In this document: one piece after another, positions 43,585 to 64,000 of the stretch | Numbering within the stretch: position 1 is the stretch's first letter | Layout: every line of letters begins with the position of its first letter | Source: Amoebidium appalachense | Lineage: Eukaryota; Protista; Ichthyosporea | NCBI GenBank assembly: GCA_963693365.1 | Contig: CAVNZM010000014.1 | Coordinates: forward strand, 5,518,001 to 5,582,000 | DNA length: 64,000 bases | Direction: 5' to 3' | Translations under genes and position numbers: made by a program | The notes under the pieces: model-generated | Seen by the model: only the letters and a program-made list of their open reading frames with translations | Told to the model about the DNA's origin: nothing | Database searches by the model: none

Positions 43585-44987
43585 TGCACCACAAGCAACG
43601 GGCAAATTGTGCTGTTGAACTGAGTGAAACGCACGAATCATCTTTGGGACGTCGGGCATGAAATGCTCCCAGCAGCTACACGCCTCGTATTCTCCCAAGC
43701 GGCTTAACCACTTCTTTGTGGCAGTGTTCACCGCAAACGATACGTTTGGCCCGCACTGAAACCCATAGTGCAGTGCAAGCGGTGTTGTTTGAATAAGGTC
43801 TCCTGGGCCCTGAACAACAACCTCAGGGGCTAGTCCCTGTGATATGAGAAACGAAACAGAGAGGGGAAGAAAACACTTGTGCTGCAAAGGATTCTCGCAT
43901 GCCAATCCAGGGATGCCTTGGCGGGCAAGTTCGAGGATGCGTGGGTATTGCCATGGTGGATGCACGAACCAAACTTTGTAACCACAAACGAGAATGCTTG
44001 CTGCTGGGAGACCCGCATCTTCTACGTGACCAGCGAAACGTGTTATGCCGACTACCGACACCTGAGCGTAAGCAAGCGCCAGATTGAGCCCTTCCATCTC
44101 TTCTTCATAGTGTTGCACACCCAAGGGGGTGTGGTTACAGAAGTATGTGAGGTCGGGATAAAGACTGTCTGTGATGTGTGCACCATCGACGTGAGAATCT
44201 GACAGATACATGCCCCCCTCAGCTACGATGAGCCTGCTCGTAAAGCTCAACTAGGTCACTTGGTTCCATCTTTGACAACCAAAAACTGTCGTCCTCGTGC
44301 CCGTCACACTTAGTGATTGAGCACCTAGCTTTGGTGCGCCTGAGTTCGGCCCACGTTTCAGATACAGGCACGACAGTGTGCTTGACGACTGTTTTTGAAA
44401 CGTCATCTTGCAACAAAAACTTTCTTGCTTCGCGAAAAGGAATGGGTGACGTAAACGAACGTGACACTGCAACACCTTCCCCTTTTGCCTCCGCTGCGTG
44501 TAGCGCGGCAAGAGCCACTAACACTCTACGTGAAGCCATAATGTTTCGCAAGTGGACTGTCACAAACTGGTTAACATGAACTCAGAATGAGATGATGTTG
44601 AAATACAGTAGATGTGTGCTGTATGGCAACAACGGTAAACTGAACAGGAAAAGCTTTCACACTGCTACTTATATGGGCACCCAAGTACGTCACAAACACT
44701 AACAGTAAGCACCCCTCACCTTTTTTGCGCGGCCGGTAGGATGCAGGTGTCGTGTCAATGCCCTGCATGATGCGCTGGGCATTCTGCTCAGCCTTGCTGC
44801 GTACCTTCACCTGTGGCTTCGGTGCCTTCAGGCCAGTACCCCCAGTACCCTTACCGGGCACAACCACTTTACTGCCCCCTTTGCTGCCGGCGTTGCTACT
44901 GCCCTGACTGGCCTTTCGGGGGCTTTTGCGGCTACCGTTGTTTGTGGTTGACTTGCTCGAAGCCTTACTGCCCACGCCCTTGGTCAT
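34328..44987 (-). CDS. 7-exon accessory gene of the transposon, ~656 aa (exons 44987-44720, 43193-42980, 37564-37336, 36848-36519, 36099-35857, 35349-35176, 34840-34328): basic N-terminus, helical core, acidic C-terminus
   Basis: All six GT-AG introns are phase-compatible (1,2,0,0,0,0) with no internal stop. GC-rich coding-like composition. Core motifs PWGNSSLYRIM and PDLFSFMLHTFECGLRD..GTHIKWSAVVY. Confidence 0.82.
38347..39300 (-). pseudogene. Ngaro tyrosine recombinase (frameshifted)
   Basis: LLRSGN, SKTD, HSLRIGGAT and LGRWSSDCFLIY catalytic motifs. Confidence 0.9.
39418..41063 (-). pseudogene. Ngaro reverse transcriptase / RNase H (frameshifted)
   Basis: SPIGAVTKK..KYRRIHHLS, ADVQAAFR, LPFGLKSSP, HYVDDW, RNase H LATDAA...ELLAI...CDN...NHLADAISR. 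Confidence 0.92.
41472..42102 (-). pseudogene. Ngaro gag (5'-truncated, frameshifted)
   Basis: WIQAW..Y...W...NYD motif and CQRCGFPDHPSAAC CCHC knuckle. Confidence 0.75.
42160..42260 (-). promoter_or_regulatory. Pol II promoter in Ngaro repeat A (two CCAAT boxes upstream of a TATA box)
   Basis: The minus strand reads ATTGGC...ATTGGCTCAG...GGTATATAAG; the same motifs occur in the other A copies. Confidence 0.55.
43270..44563 (-). CDS. KDM4/JMJD2-like JmjC histone lysine demethylase domain (core ~43640-44210; one frameshift near 44220-44250), nested in intron 1 of the accessory gene
   Basis: GLNLALAY...TRFAGHVEDAGL...GYKVWFVHPP...ACENPLQHK...VQGPGDLIQTTPLALHYGFQCGPNVSFAVNTATKKW...CSC aligns by eye with KDM4A GVNTPYLY...FAWHTED...PKSWYSVPP...SCEAFLRHK...[36 protein letters not shown]...CSC. 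Confidence 0.88.
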
Positions 44988-45952
44988 CTTCCCCACTTCA
45001 AAAACTACGGTGCTTCTACAGGCCTCTTGAAAGGGCAACGTGAGCGTATTCGATGGCAATCAGAGCGTGCATGAAATGGATGGATGCATTCCAATCTGTA
45101 AAAATGTTTCATTGGTCCTCGCCAACCAATGATCGCGACTATCACGCATAATTCCGCCCGCCATTTTCATTTCGTGATATATCGCCAATGAATATGGTTC
45201 GTTTTAGAGGCCTTTGGGTGTGTGACATGACACAATATGTAATAATATTAACATAGAAAGTAAAAAGGTTTCGGGTAAATAAAAAACAATATTATTAGTA
45301 TTAAAATCATGTAAATAATGTGACCACATGTTAAATGGTGTATTGCGAAGCACATGTACCGCACACAACGCCCGCGCGAACATGTGATGCCCAACCAATC
45401 CGTTTCGCGCGTTGAGGCGACCCAAAAATATAACTGAAATATTATATAGGCGTAGTTGCAAAGGAGTAATAGTAGAAAACGTGTGCGCAACTGTAAAATT
45501 AAAATTATTATACTCAATTATGGAAATACTGATGTAAACACTACTGTTATATCACTATGCATGAAAATAGGCACACCACTGTACAATGGTTGCATCGGCC
45601 AATGAAACCGCGCCCACATGGCGTACCTCTATATGTGATAATTGGTCAAACAATGAACTTCAGCAGGAGATAATGTTATATTGAAAAAAAAATTATACCT
45701 AACTATAAAAATTCTTTCATTTATTAAATAATAAATATTGGTACATACCTCATGATAGCCAATACTCCATGCATAGTCCACTGTTACCATGGCCATGGCG
45801 TGGGTGCGACGGCGCGAAAACAATGATTTTGAGCCAATCGGCACAGGCAATGATCTGTTTGCGACATCACCAGTTGCCAGCGTCCACCCGACGTGTCGAC
45901 GAGGGGTTACTAACTGCTTGCACAGGACACATGTGCACCCACGCAGTGGAAA

Positions 45953-58952
<13,000 letters not shown>

Positions 58953-59944
58953 TTGCTGTGCATGCGGTGTCGCCGTTTCGGGAGAAATGTCTTCTGAAAT
59001 CAAATCATGATATCGGTGGATTTATTTATTATTGTGTTATGATGTTTGATGTATATCGTCGACTATATAATGGAAAAGCTGAGAGCATATCCTCGAGTGT
59101 CAGTTTATTGTGTACGCATGTTTCATGTATGTCGAGAACTAGTATATATTGTACCTGCTAAACTGTGTAGGTATGTTTGATTAGCACGTCATTTCATAGT
59201 GAAATGTGAATGTAACTAAATGCGACATTGCTAATTTTTTACTTCTTTTGATTGCAACAATATTGCACTTCCCATTATTTTTTTCCTTATGCCACAGTCA
59301 CTGCTTAGCAACGCTATATTGATGTATTAATGTACAATATATGGTGTTCAGATTTTCCTTCGATTTCGGCGCCTTGCCCCAGGTACGCCACCCGATCCTC
59401 CCCACGCCAGCTTTTTTTTTTCTTTTTTTTCCCTCCCCTCTTTTGTTCTTCTTCTTTGTTTGTTTTGGCCATTGACGTGGTTGTTTGTATTCTTATTTTG
59501 GGTGGGTGGGTATGCCCTATACCCCTGACTATTTCCATAGACGTCGTCCACGCAAATAAGGAATAATAATAATAATAATAATAAGTATTGTACGCTATAT
59601 AGTGTTCGGGTTTCCCATGCTTTCGGAAGTGACCGAATGGCGTACCTGGGCAAGGCAGTAGCTCGAAGGAGGATAGTTTTGCCCAAGACTGCGGTTCGAA
59701 TCGAATCCACTCCAATCCTTTTGTTATTTATTTATTATTTATTTATTTATTTATTTGTTTATTATTTGTATACTGTTTTCTTTTTCTATTCATTTATTCT
59801 TCCCCCCTCCCATTCTCATGCATACGTGTATGGTTGTGTGTGGGGTAGAATATTCCAGTTGGTAAGCACATGTTTCCTGTAGTACATTAGTACATTTCAC
59901 GTTAGAACTAAACCATGTTTTCATTCACAGGACACCCCTTACCC

Positions 59945-59990
<46 letters not shown>

Positions 59991-60495
59991 CACATAAAAC
60001 TATTGTACTTATACTGTAACATTATAAAAACAGTATTTATTATTGCAGAATTCGCCGTTTCTTATTAGTTTACGGACGTCGGAAACCTCATATTAAGATG
60101 CTCAGAATCGCCTTCACAGTATGCTTTGTTTTCGACGTCGACGATACCCATCTTGTTAGCCTACACAGTATGCATACGTAGAACAGGCTTACGACGTCCA
60201 TAGCACGTCTATAGCATTGGAATAGGTGCTACATTCGGTTAATGGACGGTGTAAAGGCATGCACAGCATGTCCATATGATGACGTTGGCATATACACATG
60301 AGGGTCGAAAAATCAGTGGACCTCTTTATTACCCTGTAATATGCTTGTCGACGTCGGCGATGGGTTTTCAGCTTTTCCATCCATTAAAATGTCGAGGGTA
60401 CCAAACGCAGCCACTCAGGTATCGTAAACTACTCCGAACCCGTCGTCGACGTCGAAGAGGGGTTTCCGATGGGGGGTGAAGATTGCTGATGAATA

Positions 60496-60838
60496 CAGTG
60501 CGGACTGGATATCGGCACCGGGTCGGACGGGCACTTTTCGGGGTGCCCATATCCATATGGGGGTTTACACACTTTTTATTGCGTGGACACTGCCGGAGGC
60601 CCAGCCACATTCGACGGCCTACTGCGTTTTCCAGCGCAGCCAATCAAATGCAGCCAGTGACATATATCCATATGTTCCGATATCCAGACCTCTAGGGGGG
60701 CCAATTTAAATATAGAGCTAGGGAGATTACTTAGTAGTCTCAACCCGGCCCGAATAGATCGGGCCGGGTCGGCTGCCAACGGTGCCGCCATATCCAGATG
60801 TGCCCTTTTTCAGTGGTGCCCATATCCAGTCCACACTG
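60496..60838. mobile_element. Tc1/mariner-type MITE, 343 bp, 24-bp TIRs, TA TSD
   Basis: TA|CAGTGCGGACTGGATATCGGCACC ... GGTGCCCATATCCAGTCCACACTG|TA. Confidence 0.9.
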
Positions 60839-61059
60839 TACTACAGAAAAAATCTGAACAGAAGACAAGTAAGGCGGAGTGTACAGTGAATTATCTTCCT
60901 CCTGGACAAGTAAGTATTTGCCATGTGTTGTTTCTTTGTGTGTTTTGTATGTAATGAACGTATCTGTGTGAGTGTGAGTGTAAGTTATGCATGTTTGTCT
61001 GTACCAGTACGTGGCCATGGCGTATGTACATGTGTGGGTGTGTGTGAACGGTAAGTGAG

Positions 61060-62540
<1,481 letters not shown>

Positions 62541-62781
62541 ACGTCTGCGTACGTGCACATTGGTCCGTTTCCCTGAGGTTTTTTCCGTTCTTTTTTTTCT
62601 TTTTTTCTTTCTCTCTTTGGGGGGTTTACACACTTTTTATTGCGTGGACACTGCCGGAGGCCCGGCCACATTCGGCGGCCTACTGCGTTTTCCAGCACAG
62701 CCAATCAAATGCAGCCAGTGACATATGTACATGCTAGGCAACAATGAGCGCCATCGTAGTATATGACACCCCTATTACATA

Positions 62782-63300
62782 TTATGGGTAAGCAGAGGCT
62801 AGCATCGGTAGCTCCGAAAGAAAGTTAAGGCACCGGATCACAATATCATACTGTGCAGCATTAATAAGGTGATCTAGGATAGTCATCTTAAAACGGATAT
62901 ATTGAGGAAGAGAGGAAGAAAAGAGAATAAAACCGCCAATAACCCCCGGTTCTAATACATTAGCAAACAGGTTGCATTTATTGATAGATATGCAGCCGCG
63001 AGTAAACCGCCCCGCACACATATTACACATACGAGCAGGAGACACCAGAAACCGATTACACCGCCAAGCCATAATCATCTTTGCGTTTTTACACCACACC
63101 ACATTACGAATAAACGAATCTATGTATGAACGAGACTCTCTAACCGTATCCGCCATATAGGCTACTAGTAGTTGGTGTTTTTGCGGTCCTAACACCGGAA
63201 GGGACTCAACACGTTGAGTAAAAAGATATCTATCAGCCATAGACTTGAAACTATTCATATTCACACTATGATCTAGCCGTACCTCCGGTGGCCGGGGGTC
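62782..63300 (-). mobile_element. Probable 3' fragment of a non-LTR retrotransposon ORF2
   Basis: IMAWRCN...CNMC...FTR...C and TILDHLIN resemble LINE C-terminal Zn-knuckle regions. No RT is visible. Confidence 0.4.
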
Positions 63301-63584
63301 GCCAGCCATTCCACATAACGCTCGGCAATGGGCAGAGACGATATGGAAGGGAAGAGGTAGAGGGGCGAGTCCGGCGGGGATGCGTGTAGCCGGAAGAGCG
63401 GGTGGTCCGGGGCACAAGCGTTTTTTCTTTCACACACATTTTTTTCTTTCACACGTTTTTTCTTTCACACGTTGTTTTTTTTTTTTGTTTTTTTTTCTTT
63501 CTTTACTTTCTCTACTTAGGCATCGGCCTTTACTTAGGCATCCACTTCTACTTAGGCCCCTTGAGGGGCAGCTAGAACCCACCC

Positions 63585-64000
63585 ATGGCGTCTCAGGACG
63601 CATCCTTGTCCCCGGACCCTCCTGGGACACCGCCTGGGAGCCGCAAACGTGATACACGGGAAGGAGAATCCCCAGATAAGAGGCTAACTAAACTGAGCCG
63701 AGCGGAACAGGTTCCCTTTCCCGAGGTTAAAGCGCCACCGGCCGTGCCGCCAGCAAGTAGTTTTATTACGAAAGAACAACTGCACTTGACACCCGAGAAG
63801 GCTAGGAAATCCGTGCTCAAACTTATGGCGCATCATGAGCAGCTCCGCACGCAAGTCTCCGACTTAACAACCCAAGTAGCTGAGTATAAAGCCAAACAGG
63901 ACCACACAGACCTCCTTGTTCAGCAAATGGAGACGCGCTTACGGCAGCTGGAAGCTGACCGGGCAACCCCCACCGGCCCTGCCCACGCGGGCCCGGCCCC
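63585..64000 (+). CDS. ORF open to the window end; probable retroelement ORF1/gag N-terminus with coiled coil
   Basis: MASQDASLSPDPPG...HEQLRTQVSDLTTQVAEYKAK...LRQLEAD has no stop and is preceded by a T-rich leader with three TACTTAGGC repeats. Confidence 0.5.
   Translation, partial: MASQDASLSPDPPGTPPGSRKRDTREGESPDKRLTKLSRAEQVPFPEVKAPPAVPPASSFITKEQLHLTPEKARKSVLKLMAHHEQLRTQVSDLTTQVAEYKAKQDHTDLLVQQMETRLRQLEADRATPTGPAHAGPA

Noticed and set aside
44170-44200. HVD as the JmjC metal-binding HxD motif
   Set aside because: Alignment places it in the upstream Y132-like region; the true motif is HVE further downstream.
60806-60815. TTTTTCAGTG as a CACTG-type right end of the giant element
   Set aside because: It lies inside the TA-flanked MITE and has no matching left end.
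63512-63557. TTAGGC as telomeric repeats
   Set aside because: Only three spaced copies, not a tandem array.

Overview
Eukaryotic, intron-rich, microsatellite- and homopolymer-rich DNA. Most ORFs in the track are (CA)n/(GA)n/poly-C artefacts. The left part holds host-like genes: an intronless APH-family phosphotransferase, a spliced dynamin-like GTPase start with a chimeric upstream duplicate fused to a piggyBac cysteine-rich domain, and a spliced dual-specificity-phosphatase-like gene. From about 26.8 kb onward the window is a nest of mobile elements. The dominant feature is a 27.25-kb DNA transposon (33240-60491) with 13-bp TIRs CATCAGCAATCTT, a 2-bp AA TSD and a reconstructable empty site. 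It encodes an 8-exon Plavaka (CACTA/CMC-related) transposase and a divergently transcribed 7-exon accessory gene. Nested in intron 1 of the accessory gene is a KDM4/JMJD2-type JmjC demethylase domain that retains its Fe-binding triad and Zn-site ligands, a candidate transposon-borne anti-silencing system. Also present: a split-direct-repeat Ngaro retroelement in an intron, a solo Ngaro A-B unit carrying a non-autonomous LTR element, a defective PAT/DIRS-like element interrupted by a MITE with a CATCAGCAA terminus, a Tc1/mariner-type MITE, two tandem arrays inside transposase introns and probable LINE fragments. All protein assignments come from motif recognition by eye, with no database searches.
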